Positions 10,700 through 23,720 are shown, numbered from the stretch's first letter. The stretch: DNA of 64,000 nucleotides from Chiloscyllium plagiosum (GCF_004010195.1 NC_057718.1:67596408-67660407), one strand, 5' to 3'. Translations and numbers: made by a program. The notes: generated by a model from the letters alone, not told the origin.

Positions 10700-12320
10700 T
10701 CATGGCCGCTCAAGTAGCAGCAGCTCCGGCCAACAGTAGCAGCAACGGTAGTAGCCCCGGCCTGAGCAGCCGCGACCCAGACAGTATCAACAACGGAAAA
10801 CCGGCGGCGGCGGCTCCGGGAGGAGGACTCGGCGGTGACGGCGGAGATCCCAGTGGCGGCGGCTTGAGCCTGAACAGCGTTGATCATCATCACCATCCTC
10901 GCCACCACCATCACCACCACCACCATCACCTCCACCTTCCCCACCAGCAGCAGCACCACCACGGCGAGCTCAACATGGCCAACTCCTCGGGGCCTGGCCC
11001 CGGTCCGGCTAACAACAACAGCGGCGGCGGCGGCGGCAGCGGCACTGCTGGAGGCTCGGGGTCGGCCTCGTCCAACCCCAACCCTGAGCCAACGCACAAA
11101 GAACCCGCCTCGGCCTCGCCTTCCTCGGCGTCCACCGCCTCCTCCTCATCTTCGGCCGCCAGTGAGGCGGGGATAATTTCTAATCACAAACTGAAACCCA
11201 CCGGCGCTGAGTTGTTGCTTCCTCCCCATCACCAAGGAGAAGGAGGCGGCGGGGTAGAGACTCAACATGGAGGCGGTGGTGGTGGTAAAGACAACATCTT
11301 GTTAACCGCTGACAACCAGGGAAACAACAAGGCCGACGACCAATTGCTCAAAATGGGTGATCAGCGATATGAGCACCCGGCAGCTGCGGGCTCCAATACC
11401 CAAACGGAGCCGGCTCCTGGCCTCCCCGATTATAATCATTATTACCGGGCGGCGGCAGGAACAGGCCCCGGTCCCGGACCCTACTTCGATCAACATGGCG
11501 GACAACAAAGCCCGGGGCTTGGGCTTCATCCTTCCAGCAGCTTGGAGTTAAGCGCCAGCCCGCTACACAACTCTCACGACAGCTATTCAAACAACTACAA
11601 CCATTACTCGGGCTACAGGCCGGCCTACAGTGGCCCTGGCTACAGCTTGATGAACTCGCCCAGGGCCAACAATATGGGATCCGGTGGGGCCACCAACAGC
11701 GGCCACCATCATCACCATCACGGCAAGCAACAGCCGCCTCTGGCCGGGGCATTTCAGCGCTACTCGAGCCAAAACCAGCATTCGGGGGCCACACCAACCC
11801 TCAACCAGCTTCTGACCTCCCCCAGCCCCATGAGGGGATATGGCTTTTCGGACTACAGTAATCCTGGTCCTTCGCAGTCCTCGCTGAAAGGGAACGACAT
11901 GAGCAGTCAGTACGGAATAGGGAGCAGCCAAGCCTGGGGAGGCGGAGGAGGAGGAGGAGGTGGTGGCGGCGGCGGCGGTGGAGCAGCGGCAGGACAAGCC
12001 CGCAGCCACCCAGCCATGAGCCCTGGCAGCTCGGCGCAGCCTCTAGGCAGGACACAGGTAAAGCGGCCTGTGTGTTGGTGTCTTTCATCCCGGAGTGAGA
12101 GCAGAGCTGGCGTTGTGCGATGTGAAGACATTAGAGAGAGAGCCGTTGAAGTGCTGGTCAGGGACCTAGGCCGCGCTACCTTTCCTATCACTTCTTACTG
12201 GCAAGGAGAGAGTTTTAGCGACTCTTTTTCTTGGGATTCGCCGTATGCAGAGAGTTTGTGCCTTCTGCCCCTAATGATGGGTGTCCGCTGTGCGGATTTG
12301 TGCACTGAACTGATAACTTC
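10700..12320. promoter_or_regulatory. CpG island coincident with exon 1
   Basis: Dense CpG and GGC/CGG repeats against AT-rich, CpG-poor flanks. Confidence 0.8.
10702..12057 (+). CDS. ARID1B: First coding exon (452 codons) of ARID1B, SWI/SNF (BAF) subunit; low-complexity N-terminus
   Basis: ORF 10696-12327 carries motifs I recognise, in order, from ARID1B exon 1: LNSV-HHH, ELNMA, NHKLK, KMG..RYEHP, FDQHGGQQSPG, NSH..NHY.GY, FQR..QNQH.GATPTLNQLLTSPSPM, RSHPAMSPG..GRTQ. Start atcATGg at 10702 has a strong Kozak context (another in-frame ATG lies at 10696). Similarity ends at a phase-0 donor, CAG|GTAAAG, at 12057/12058. Confidence 0.92.
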
Positions 12321-13374
12321 CAATTAGATTACTTCTAGACTAAATAAATCAGTTAGGTTTTCTTTCGTTAATTTAAACTGCTATCTGGTATGTTTTTTTG
12401 ACCCCACCCATTTGTTGATTTTTTGTTTGATGGTGTCTGAACGCTGGTAGCTCCGTTCAGCTCGTACTCGAATCTCTTCACCTTTTGCAAGGTTTGCAAT
12501 TTGAATTATGGAGGTAAAAGGCCTGGAATCGAGTCTCCAGACAGCTGCCTCCGAGTTGACATCTAATCTGCCATCTGATTGGTTCTCACACTCACCACTG
12601 GGCATTTATCAGTGCTGATGTAAATACAAGTTGCTGAACATCGCAATCACAAGCCCACACTGCACATTTCCTAAGAATCCACAATTTACATAGCCCATGG
12701 ATAATTGAAAGAACTAACAACTGCTTCACCTTTCATTTCTGTCAACATTCCAGATGCATTTTAAAAAAATAAATATTCAAAATTTCCATTTTTTAAAAAA
12801 GCGTACTTGATTCAATAAACCGTTTTAAGTAAGGCACGTAAAACACTTGTTTAGTAACAAGTTGTTGAAAAATATCAAAATATTCTGGAATAACCAGCTT
12901 GTGCATATTTAGTAAAATCAGTCATTAATTTAAATTACTAATGTTTATAATGAAACGGTAGTAGATATTAAATATGGTTCAAATCCTTTTCTGGGTAATC
13001 GAGGGATAAACTATTGGATGAATTAAGTAAATTAAGGCAATTTCTCACTTTATAAAAATATCTATTAAGTGAAATCTATACAAAAGGCTATTGTAGTCCA
13101 GTTCATTTAAAAAAATTAACTGCTTCGTAAATATTGCCCAAAACTTACTGCATAAAGAGCAATTTACGATTGTAAAATACCATAAATGTTACTGCTTTTG
13201 ATTCCATGCCAATTATAGTAATGTAAAATACTAGAACTTTAATCTTGTTATGAACTACATTTCCTTTTTTATGATTGCTCATGGTAAATGATATTGTACA
13301 ACCATATAGACACATAAGTTTGATTCCATGTCAATGATTTGGTAGTAGTTGTAGCAGGGTTGATAAATGAAGGT

Positions 13375-13495
13375 GTGAAGGCTTTTATGTAATGGTGGTA
13401 GTGTATCTGCCTCTGAACCAGGAGGCACAGGCTCCCGTGCTCCCTGGTCCAGAAGTGTTTTATTAACATCACTGAACAGGTTGCTTATCAAAAAA
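13375..13495 (+). mobile_element. Short tRNA-like SINE (related minus-strand copy ~41165-41280)
   Basis: tggtagtgtatc.gcctctg..ccag head and aacaggttg.tta end are shared between the two loci. Confidence 0.5.
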
Positions 13496-15829
13496 AGTGA
13501 ATGGCTTCAGTTTTGTTGCTGAAAGAGCTGAAAATTAGTCAGCGTTTGGTTGCTGCTGTCGGACAGAATTGTACTGGGGTGTGAGTGCTTCCTTAATAGT
13601 TCATGAAACTTTGCAATTTGTACTGGCTCTGGATATAAATTGTGCAGTTCAGTGCAGGCATTGAAGAGTTGCTGGTGCCTGGAAACATACGCTACACAAG
13701 TTGCTCTCTTATAGGAGGCAGAAATATGCTTTTTTAAAATTGAAGCTCATTGAATTGAAGCTTGAAATGTGCTCATCTTAGGACAAGTGATTTGGATTTT
13801 AATAATTCCACAATGCAGTTGATCAGAAGTAGTAAACAGTTTGTGTAACATGCTTGGGTAAAATGAATGTGATCTATTTGAAAATAGTTCAAGCCGTAAG
13901 TTTATAACTTGTGCACTTGTTTGTAACTTCACCTTGTTTTTAAATCTATCACTAGGATTTCACTATAGTCTCATGAAAATGATTATTTATAATATCAATT
14001 TAATTACAAATTATTAATCGTTGCCAACTGAAACCGTGCTTGAAAAGATTATTTGTACCTATGGTCCTGTGCCTAAAGAAGTATTGATACGTGAGTAAAC
14101 AGTTAATTGGAAAAGTCTTGGATTTGTCATTAGTATCTTGATCAAATGAATATTGAGTTTGATTTTCTAGTATGTATAAATCATCTATCATTTGGTGTTC
14201 TTATAGCAGTTTGTGATAAAGTCACTGTAGTCCTTGTGGACTATAGGGGTTGGTCTCATTAGAGAGAGACGAATGGTGGTTTAACCTGAGGGTAACCATA
14301 TCTCAACGATTGAGAGAGAGATTCCTTTGTGATCTCAACCGGTGTGGGAATTGAATCCACTCTCTTGGTGTTACTGTGCTTTGTAGACCTGTCAGGCAGC
14401 CAATTGAGCCAAGTGAATCCCGTTGTTTCTGTGGGCTAGGGTGAAGGCAAGCTTCTATTTGCAAGAACTGAGTAGAGGCCTAGAAATATCTTGCCAATCA
14501 CACATCAAATATTGAGTTTGCTGCTTTTTGATTCCTTTTGGATATTATTGGTATCCATGTTACTTGGTTTGCAGGTTCTATTTAGGGCAAAAATAAATTT
14601 TCAGTGTCATTGTCACAAACTTAATTGAGCTGTTAACATTTTAAGGTATTGGAAGAAATCTCTTTGTATATGAGGCTTCTGAGTTAATCCTTTGATTTTA
14701 GACTTCACTTGTGATTTAAGGTTATTGCAGCATATTCCTTATTTAAAAGTTAAGTGCTAAGTCACCCTGAGACTGAGCATAATAGATGGGATATATTTAT
14801 GCATAGTAATTATGGAGTTTCTTTCCATGGAGTATACATTGGCTATAATTAAGGTCCTATGCCTGATTATGGCCAGTTTAAACAACCAACCGACCTACCT
14901 CATTCCTCTCTTCCCTTGGACACTACCTGAGTGTAATATATTTTTGAACCAAACCTACAACTGGATATTTTAGTTATCATACGTTTATGGTGGCCACTAG
15001 GTGGAGTATGAAAAAGACCAGGTTTAACTTATCTTTTAAATTATCATGCTAAAATGCTGCTTTTCCTCCCCTCTGGTACATCTACAAATGGAAATAGTGA
15101 GCATAACTCTCCTGGGATATAAATTTATATGGTTTTGGGACCCCAAACATCTTAGGACAGTGTGTAATCTGTAATTGTTGGAGCTGTACCAAAGCATTTT
15201 TTTTCCCTCGTGTTTAGCTTTTGCCCGGCTGTGTGGCCATGTTTCAAAGAATGCTGTGTAATAGCCACAAGCCTACATCCCTTTACCCTTGGCTTTGTGC
15301 ATTGGAATGCCAGCAGGCTACTTGGTTGGGCTGCAATTTAATTTTTAGAAATTGAGCTTTGTATAAATTATTTACATTTACTGTCGTCTTTGAAAGTGAG
15401 TATGACATGAAAAGTACACAGTTGCTATTTTCCCCATCCAGACCACTCTGCGTCAGAGCAGTATGTCTTTTACCATAATGTATCTGCAGTCATTGGAACT
15501 TCTGTGATCCCTGCGAGATGGTGCTCAACCTTTAGGCTTAATGTTGATTACTACCCCAGTTTCTATTATCTTCGATGTAATGCCCATTTTTCCTATGCCT
15601 ATCCAAATATTCCTGCGCCATTATTATTCAATAAATGCACAACTTTGTGGAACTGTTGTTCAGTGAATTTATTTTAATATTTGTCTCCATGATTTTGGTG
15701 CAGAGAAGTGGCTGGATCTTGTATCAAGGATAAACTTTAGAATTTTTGGGGAGTAATCAAAAGGAGAGTTAACATTCTAGTCATGTTTGAACAAAATTGG
15801 TTTTTGGTTTGAAGTAGTGACACTACATA

Positions 15830-15975
15830 CAGAGGAACCTTGACTATCCGAACGACACGGGTGGGGAGTACTTTGTTCAGATAATTGAATGCCGGATAAC
15901 ACAGTTAGCCAAGCATCAGAACCTTGTGATCTTGTTCAGATAATTGAATGCCGGATGACCTATATCAATAACTGT
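15830..15975 (+). mobile_element. Tigger/pogo-like MITE, partial
   Basis: TA-CAGaggaaccttgactatccgaa start and an internal repeat ttgttcagataattgaatgccggat; similar to 30117-30276. Confidence 0.6.
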
Positions 15976-16984
15976 CTTTTTAGGGAGGAAGAATCAAATG
16001 CACTGTTATTCTTTGCAGTGAGCTTTGGCAAAGTTGATGAGAGTATGCAATGGAATAAATATTTTTAGTTGCAGAGATGGTATTGTGCCATGAGACTGGT
16101 AAGTTTGATAGATTGGTGTGCTCTTGGGGTAGCTCTCCTGTTACCCCTTTCACATAGGGATGTTAATTCAAACTAAAAGTGCTATTTCTGGAGGGATAAG
16201 CATGAAAAATAATTTTAGAAATAGACCTTTTGTATAAATCATGCTCTGCTGATACTCTTGTGTGAAGAACATATTTTATAAGACTGAAAGAACCACTGTT
16301 ATGACTGTAGTAGACTAAGCTGTTAATACTTTGTGTTCCAACTCTCATATGAATAATGGTCACTTGAAAGAGGGGCTAACCTCAGAATCATATGTTCCTA
16401 TAATGATCAAGGGTAAAATCATAAACAGGACAGTTAATGGGTAAGTTGTGAAATGATTTCATTTCATGGCAGTTTTTGCTTCATTGTGCCATGATAGTTG
16501 TTAAATTTCCGTAAAAAGGTCTTGATGGCCGGTTATATCGTGAACATTTTCTTGCACAAATTACATGGTAGCTGTGTTTTTTTTATATTAAATGATAGAT
16601 CTGAGTTGGTTTTCATTCTATATACGAATTTCTACCAGCTTAGAAAGTGGCTTTGATAATTGTATAAAAGCGAAGCATGAATTGGGAGAAACACAATATT
16701 GCTCCATCTGATTTGCTTTCTGCTCTCTGGGAACTGGCTGCTTTTTCAGATGCAAACTGAAAAGAATAAAGTGAGAGTTAAAACATTTTTTTAAAGGAGA
16801 AAACTGTATCCAACTTTGTATAGATACAATATTTAAATGAGAGGTGAGGCAGTTATGGGAGATCAGGAATGAAAACACAGTGCCTGTCCTGGTCTCTCTG
16901 TCTCTGTCCCTGTCCCTGTCTCTGTTGTAGAATAGAAGCGTCAAATCTTTATAGTGTGGCCATTTGAGTCTTGTGCTGACCTGA

Positions 16985-17258
16985 AGAACAACCCACCCAG
17001 ACCTGGCACCCCACTCTTATCCTTGTAACCCGCATTTCCCACTGTTAATCCACCTAGTTTACAAATCTCTGAAAACGCTGGGGAAATTTAGCATGGCCAG
17101 TCCACCTAATCTGCACATATTTGGACTGGGAGGAAACTGAGCATCTAGTGAAATGTACACAGATACGGGAAAAATTGCAAACTCCACATAGGCAGTTGCT
17201 TAAGGCTGAAATTGAACCTGGATCCCTTGTGCAGTGCTAACCATTGAGCCACTGTGCT
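16985..17258 (-). mobile_element. HE1-type V-SINE
   Basis: tRNA-like head gtggctcaatggttagcactgc and V-domain tgtggagtttgca. Confidence 0.85.
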
Positions 17259-17259
17259 G

Positions 17260-17373
17260 TCTGTCTCTCTGTCGCGCTCTCGCGCTGTTGCCTGCTCGCG
17301 CGCTCTCTCTCTCTCCCGCTCGCGCGCGCTCTCTCTCTCCCGCCCGCGCGCGCTCTCTCTCTCTCTCTCGCCC
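17260..17373. repeat. Compound (CT)n/(CG)n microsatellite next to the gap
   Basis: Repeating gcgcgctctctctc units. Confidence 0.9.
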
Positions 17374-17873
17374 NNNNNNNNNNNNNNNNNNNNNNNNNNN
17401 NNNNNNNNNNNNNNNNNNNNNNNNNNNNNNNNNNNNNNNNNNNNNNNNNNNNNNNNNNNNNNNNNNNNNNNNNNNNNNNNNNNNNNNNNNNNNNNNNNNN
17501 NNNNNNNNNNNNNNNNNNNNNNNNNNNNNNNNNNNNNNNNNNNNNNNNNNNNNNNNNNNNNNNNNNNNNNNNNNNNNNNNNNNNNNNNNNNNNNNNNNNN
17601 NNNNNNNNNNNNNNNNNNNNNNNNNNNNNNNNNNNNNNNNNNNNNNNNNNNNNNNNNNNNNNNNNNNNNNNNNNNNNNNNNNNNNNNNNNNNNNNNNNNN
17701 NNNNNNNNNNNNNNNNNNNNNNNNNNNNNNNNNNNNNNNNNNNNNNNNNNNNNNNNNNNNNNNNNNNNNNNNNNNNNNNNNNNNNNNNNNNNNNNNNNNN
17801 NNNNNNNNNNNNNNNNNNNNNNNNNNNNNNNNNNNNNNNNNNNNNNNNNNNNNNNNNNNNNNNNNNNNNNNNN
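17374..17873. other. Assembly gap of exactly 500 N
   Basis: Run of N seen directly. Confidence 0.99.
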
Positions 17874-18045
17874 GACCCCAGGGAAAAGACTTTGCCTATT
17901 TATTCTATCCATGCCCCTCATAATTTTGTAAACCTCTACAAGGTCACCCCTCCGCCTCCGACGCTCCAGGGTAAACAGCCCCAATCTTTTCAGCCTCTCC
18001 CTGTAGCTCAGATCCTCCAACTCTGGGAACATCCTTGTAAGTTTT
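17874..18045 (-). mobile_element. CR1/HER1 fragment
   Basis: LEDLSYRERL.RLGLFTLERRR..GDLVEVYKIMRG. Confidence 0.9.
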
Positions 18046-18696
18046 GCGAATGTCAATAACACACCTTGCCTATTCGTTGTGACCTTCATGCTAATCAACA
18101 GACTATCCAGTCACAAAGTGCATCACTTCAACCAGTCCTATCTTTGACTCCAGCTTTAACTTATGGACTCTGAACAGTGAGTACTGAATTATGTGGCATC
18201 AAATGAGTCTAAGATTAGGACAGTTGAATTGGTTACTTCTGTCACTCTGTCCTGCTGAACAAAACTTCCTGTGAGATTCCCGACTGCCCAAACCCTGAAC
18301 TTGCTCTTTCTCTTCTTTCGTTTTGCCTCCAGACTATTTTAAATTTACCCTGCTCATGAGATCCAGCTCCTGCTCTCCGATTGTATTCAGAGTAAACTGT
18401 TTACCACCCACCTCTTCTCCTCAGGTTAGCTGCTTATTCTTAATAGTTTTCTCTTTCATGTGCTGTCAGCTTTAAAATTACCATATTTGCCTCACTTCTT
18501 AAACAACTCTCTTGACCCCACTGCCTTGGAAATTCCAACCTCCCTTTCCTCTCCCAACTCCATGATATAATGTTGTCTCCCAAACCCATACTGAGTATTC
18601 CTGGAACTCCATGTTTGAAATGCTTGAATCAGATTTGCAGTGCCAAAGCAGCCTTGTTAAAGTTGCAAACAACTTCCCTCTCCCAATTTTGAGGGC

Positions 18697-18832
18697 GTAG
18701 TCAAGAGTGTGGTGCTGGAAAGACACAGCAGATCAGGCAGCATCCAAGGAGGTTGCTGCCCGACCTGCTGTGCTTTTCCACTGCCACACTCTCGACTCTG
18801 ATCTCCAGCATCTGCAGTCTTCACTTTCTCCT
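18697..18832. mobile_element. Short family-A PLE palindrome lacking the hammerhead
   Basis: Inverted arms around ~18750; TSD attttgagggc at 18686-18696 and 18833-18843. Confidence 0.8.
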
Positions 18833-18929
18833 ATTTTGAGGGCATAACTAGCAGAATGGATGATGGAGAACCAAAGATTGTGCTGAATATAATTTTTTTT
18901 GCAGCAAGATTTTGATAAATTTTAACCTA

Positions 18930-19960
18930 AAAGGTTAGTGTCTAAAATTAAATTGGGGTATCTTAAGCACTGGCATATGTTGAAAACAGCTTCACAGACA
19001 AGCAAAAGGAATAAATGATATTTTTTGGAGTGGAAGGTGAGAACTGGGGTTGTGTTGGGATCAGTACTTGAGCTCCAGCTATTTACAATATAGGTTAGTG
19101 ATTTCTCTATTTGTTGATAATACATAACTAGGTTTGAATGACGAGGAGAATGTAAAAAGTCTTCAAGCAATTTGGACAAAACGAGTGAGTGCGCAAAGAC
19201 GTGGCAGATGCAGTATAATGTAGATAAGTGCGAAGTTACCAACTTCAGTAGGTAAACCTGAATGGCAAGTCTTATTTAAATTGAGAAATGTTGATGTACG
19301 AAGGAGCCTACAATATTCACAGCGCAAGCATGTTGATGCAGCAAGCAGCTAAGAAGGCAGATGGTATGTTGGTCTTAATTGCAAGAGCAATGATGTCTTA
19401 CTGCAGGTGTACAGGTCTTGGTGGGAACACACTTGGAGCATTGTTTGCAGTTTTGATCTACTTACTTAAGAAAATAAATGCTTACCATGGAGGGAATGCA
19501 ACAAAGGTTCACCGGGCTAATTCCTAAGCTGATAGGAATGATATATGAGGAAATACTGAGTCTATGAGACCAATAATTGGAATTTTGAGGACTGAGTGGG
19601 CTCCTATTGAAATGTATAAAATTTTGGGAAGGCTGAACAGGCTGGATGTAGGATTGTTGTTTTTCCTGTCACAAGTGCCTCAAACAAGGGGTCTTGGGAT
19701 ACAGGGTAGGCCATTTTTGAGGTGAGAGAATTTCATCAGTCAGAACATGATGAATCTGTGGAAATCTTTACCACAGAAGATTGTGGAGGCCAATTGACTA
19801 TATTGAAGATAGAAATTTAGATTTGTAGACACTAAAGGTATCAAGGGATATGGGGACAGAGTAAGAGAACAGCATTTAAAATAGAGGATCAGCCATGATC
19901 ATATTGAGTGATGAAATAGGCTTGATTTGACTAAATGGCCTACTTCCTGCTCCTGTTTGC
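18930..19960 (+). mobile_element. Old CR1 LINE remnant
   Basis: Degenerate WQMQYNVDKCEV and ..KVHR motifs; tail ggcctacttcctgctcct. Confidence 0.75.
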
Positions 19961-20520
19961 AGCCTTAGTGTCATATTTGACTTACAGATAAGCTTCTCAT
20001 TCCTACCCCTCTAATATTACTTGATTCTGCCCTTCCTTCAGCTCCTCTGCTGAAATACTATCATACCATTGTCACTCCTAAAATTGGTTCTTCCACCACA
20101 CTGCTGGCTGACCTTCCACATCCTGCCCCTTCATAAAAATGAGGTCATTCAAAATTCTGCCTGTGTATGTATTTGCACCATGTCTCATTCACCCATCACC
20201 TATGCTTGCTGACTTATTTGGCTGACAGTCAAGCAATGCTTTGAATTCCAAATTTCTTTTCCCTATCTTCACTTTGTTCCTCTCAATAGCCTTCTGAAAT
20301 ATTTGGCTTCATGAGCATTACTGAATTTAATCACTCCATCATTAGTGGCCATGTTTTTAGCTACCAGGGCATTAACTCTGTAGTTCCTGCCCCAAACTTT
20401 TTTAAAAAAACCTATTTCTGATTGAGCTCTTGGCCATCTACTGTAATTTCATCTTTCAAGTCTTATATGAAGCTTCATCGAAGCACTTTGTGTATTTATT
20501 ATATTAAAGGTACTGTCGAG
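19960..20520 (+). mobile_element. L2-like LINE remnant (related pieces ~3540-3770, ~18050-18690, ~33550-34320)
   Basis: The segments ctggctgacct.cc and gaggtcattcaaaa are shared with 33.8 kb, and caatgccttgaa with 3.6 kb. Heavily decayed. Confidence 0.55.
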
Positions 20521-20612
20521 CTCCAAGTAGTTGTCTCTATTGAAATAACCCTTTACTTACCAGCTTCAGTTGATCATGACTGAACAGTATCAGAGGACTC
20601 TCAGGTACACAC

Positions 20613-21245
20613 TGTTATGGACTAGGTTAGACCACTCAAAGCATTCTTAAGCAGGCAGCCCAGACCGTAGCTTTGCTAATTGTTTCGGTAATTGTATAGT
20701 GAAAATTACCTGGAGTAACTTAGCTTGGTTGACTACCAGGTTTTAAAACAGACAAAAATATATTCACAAACTTACGGATTGAAACACAAATGACAGAATA
20801 CCCACAGAACTGTGTATCCAATCTAGACTTAATTATGCTGTTCTGAAAAATACATGCAACAGTCCCAATAAACAACCCCTTAAACACAGAGCAAAAATGA
20901 AACAAAGGCTTACAGGTCGAAGTGAGAAGGGCAGAAGGAGAGAGTGTCTAGCACCCTGTTTCCACTACAGCTGCACTGACTGAAACAAGATTTCAGCTTT
21001 CAGGACTGACCATTCCCCTTTCATTATACAGGTTACTCCTAAAACATGAAAACTGTGGCCTAAAGTCCCATCTGTTTACGTATTAACAAAAAGGCCTCCC
21101 AATACCCTTTTCATCTCTGAACTAACACAGCCAGTCTGGAGGCTGGACTGTTTCAAGAGCACTCCTTCAAAAAAAAATCAAGGACACAATATCCTTGTCT
21201 GTGAGAAAAGGAACAACTTTTAGGAAAAGGACCAGCTTTGTGACA
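20613..21245. mobile_element. Probable solo LTR (633 bp)
   Basis: Starts TGTTA, ends TGACA; flanks acac/ccac (4-bp TSD with one mismatch); non-coding. Confidence 0.55.
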
Positions 21246-21779
21246 CCACAGATGCAGGAAACCGAAAGTCAATGCTCAAGGAAGGGGTACAAAACAAGAG
21301 GATTGAAATATATCTTCCTTATTTTTCTGTCCCCAGATTTGCCTCTTGGATGATCAGAGAGGAAATAGTTTACTCAGTTTGGAAAGAGTCAATAATTTAA
21401 CAAGGGTTTTGATGCTGAATTTGAACTAAAGTTAATTGCTTCTAATTTTAGGCACTCCTAAAACTTCTGGAATTGTGTATCAGTGCTTTAGTTTAGTTTT
21501 ATTCATGTGAAGAACCAGAAGAGAAATGCTACACTTTCAAAACAAATGCTTTGATGTTTGATTGAATTAAATTTGGGGAAAATGTGTGTCATGGAAATTA
21601 TGTATTTTTGCTCCCCTGACAAACTCAAACTCCTTTTCACTTAAATTCTGAATTAAAAAAAAATGCTCTTCTGTAAGTCAGTATTTGGTCAGTGAACACA
21701 TTGGTGTACTTTCACTGTTGCACCGAGTGAGACAGTTTTGAAAGAAATTAATGTCAACTAAAACTTTACACACACAATT

Positions 21780-22560
21780 AGGAGCAGGAGAAGGTGCCTT
21801 GGCCATTCTAGCCTGATCTGCAATTCAGTGAAAGAGCCATTGAAATCTACGGCGAGAGAGCGGTCCTTTTACCCATCGTGCTGGTCAACAACAACCACCT
21901 AGATATTCTAGTTCCATTTTTCAGCACTTGGCCCACAGCCTTGTATGTCTTGGCATTACGTGTGAGTGTCTAAATGCAACTTAAATGTAGAGGGTTTTTG
22001 TCTCCACCACATTTACAAGCAATGAGTTCCACATTCCTATCACCTTATGCTCCTAGTCATTAATCCCTCCAAGGGGAAAGGTTTCTTCCTGTTGATCCTA
22101 TCTATATCACTCAGTTTTATATGTTTCAGTTATGTCCTCTATCTACTCTGCTGTATTAAAACAATTAGAGTCTGTCGAATCTTTCTTAACTGAAACTCAT
22201 CATCATGTTGTCTGGGCTGATAAGTTTCTCTGCACCCTCTCCGGTGCTATCATGTCCCTTCTTTAATGGGAATTCCAGAACTGACATAATGCTCTACTTG
22301 TGGCTTAAACAGCATTTTCCACAGTTCCAGCAGAGCCGTCCTGCTCTTGAACTCTTTGCCTTGACTAATAAAGACAAGGAACGGGTTGGACTGAAGGGTC
22401 TGTTTCCGTGCTGTACATCTCTATGACTCTATGTATATCATATGCCGCCTTAACCATTTTATTCCTCTGTCTTGATATTTAAGGGCCAGGTATATAAACA
22501 CACCAAGGCCTTTCTGATCATGGCTGATCTGAGTTTTAACATCCACTTCACATTTCTGCT
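21780..22560 (-). mobile_element. CR1 3' remnants, including a short plus-strand CR1 tail at ~22380-22432
   Basis: cagcacttggccca and aattccagaactg motifs, and gaagggtctgtttccgtgctgtacatctctatgac. Confidence 0.65.
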
Positions 22561-22679
22561 TACACCAAACAGCATTTCACTCCCTCTTACCCAGTTTATA
22601 TTATATGTAATGAGCAATGAATAAAGTGAGGCAAGGGATTCAGAAGTTACAGGAGCAAACCTCTACTTATGCAGGTTGT

Positions 22680-23100
22680 TATGAGGCCTTTGTGGTGCCA
22701 GGTGAAGTGTCACTGAGCATCAGATCATTCAGAAAGGAGCCTGAACAATCAGAGTTCATGGTCTGTGTTGACGCTAATGATTTACTTAAAGAGAGATGAG
22801 GCCCTGAAAGTAGAGTTTGGAGAAATTGAGAATTAGGGCCTCCAAAGTTGGTAATCTATCTATTACTACTGTAGCTATGTGCTAATGACTACAAAAATGG
22901 GAAGGCTGAGCTGAGGAATGTGTGAATATTGATGCGGGAAGGAGGCTTTAGATTCCAGAGACATTGGAGCTGCTTCTGGGAAAGTTAGGACCTGTACAGT
23001 CCAGATCGGTTGCATCTCCAGTCTGGTACGTGTTCTTATCGGAGGCTTTGTTCGTGTTCTTGGGAATGATTCAAACAAGCTTGGTAAGAGAATGGGAATC
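22680..23100 (+). mobile_element. CR1 ORF1 (SGNH esterase-like) remnant
   Basis: VPG...EQSEFMVCVDANDLLKER resembles the EQPEVVVHIGTNDIG motif of CR1 ORF1. Confidence 0.55.
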
Positions 23101-23720
23101 TGAGAGCAGATTCAAAATAGAGAAAAGCTTGAAATGGAAGACACTAAACTGATCTGTTTTTGAAGGTAGAGGAAACAAAGACTAGAAAATAGTTAACAAG
23201 GATGTTTAGCAGTGCGAGATGACATTCTTCAATGCAAGAAAGTAGTTAAATTTAGAATGTTATGGAAAGAGGGGAGGAATGAAAAATACCTCTGAGAATT
23301 CTTGAATGGGGAAAAGCTAATTTTCTAAGCTGAAATATGGTTTAGCTGATGTTGACTGGAAACAGATATGTGAAGGTAAATCATCTCCAGATTAGTTGGA
23401 GAAACCTGACAGATAATGAATGTATGGATTAAGTATGTTCCCTTAAGAAAGAAGGTAAGATTAAAAAATTTAAACCCCTCCTGGGTGTGGAAGGGCATAA
23501 AGAAGAAGAAGATAATAGAGTTTGTACAGAGGACTATGGAATTCAAATGGTAACAAAGCGTGGTTAAAGTAGCAGATAAGAATGAAGTAAGCACCTCTTT
23601 AGAACTTGAATATCTTCACTCTTCGGTCCAAAAAAATGTCTGTTTGGAAACTGTGCTTTTGTCGTGTGACTTCGGATGTGGAAATAAATCCAGCCTAATA
23701 CTCTGGTGACTGTTATAACC

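Noticed and set aside
10609..12191. Antisense and alternative-frame ORFs over exon 1
   Set aside because: Expected shadows of GC-rich triplet-repeat coding sequence.
12058..12327. ORF continues 89 codons past the exon (543-aa ORF)
   Set aside because: ARID1 similarity and composition stop at a canonical donor, so this is most likely intron read-through.
17145..18098. Long ORFs of 225-317 aa
   Set aside because: Artefacts of translating through the N gap.
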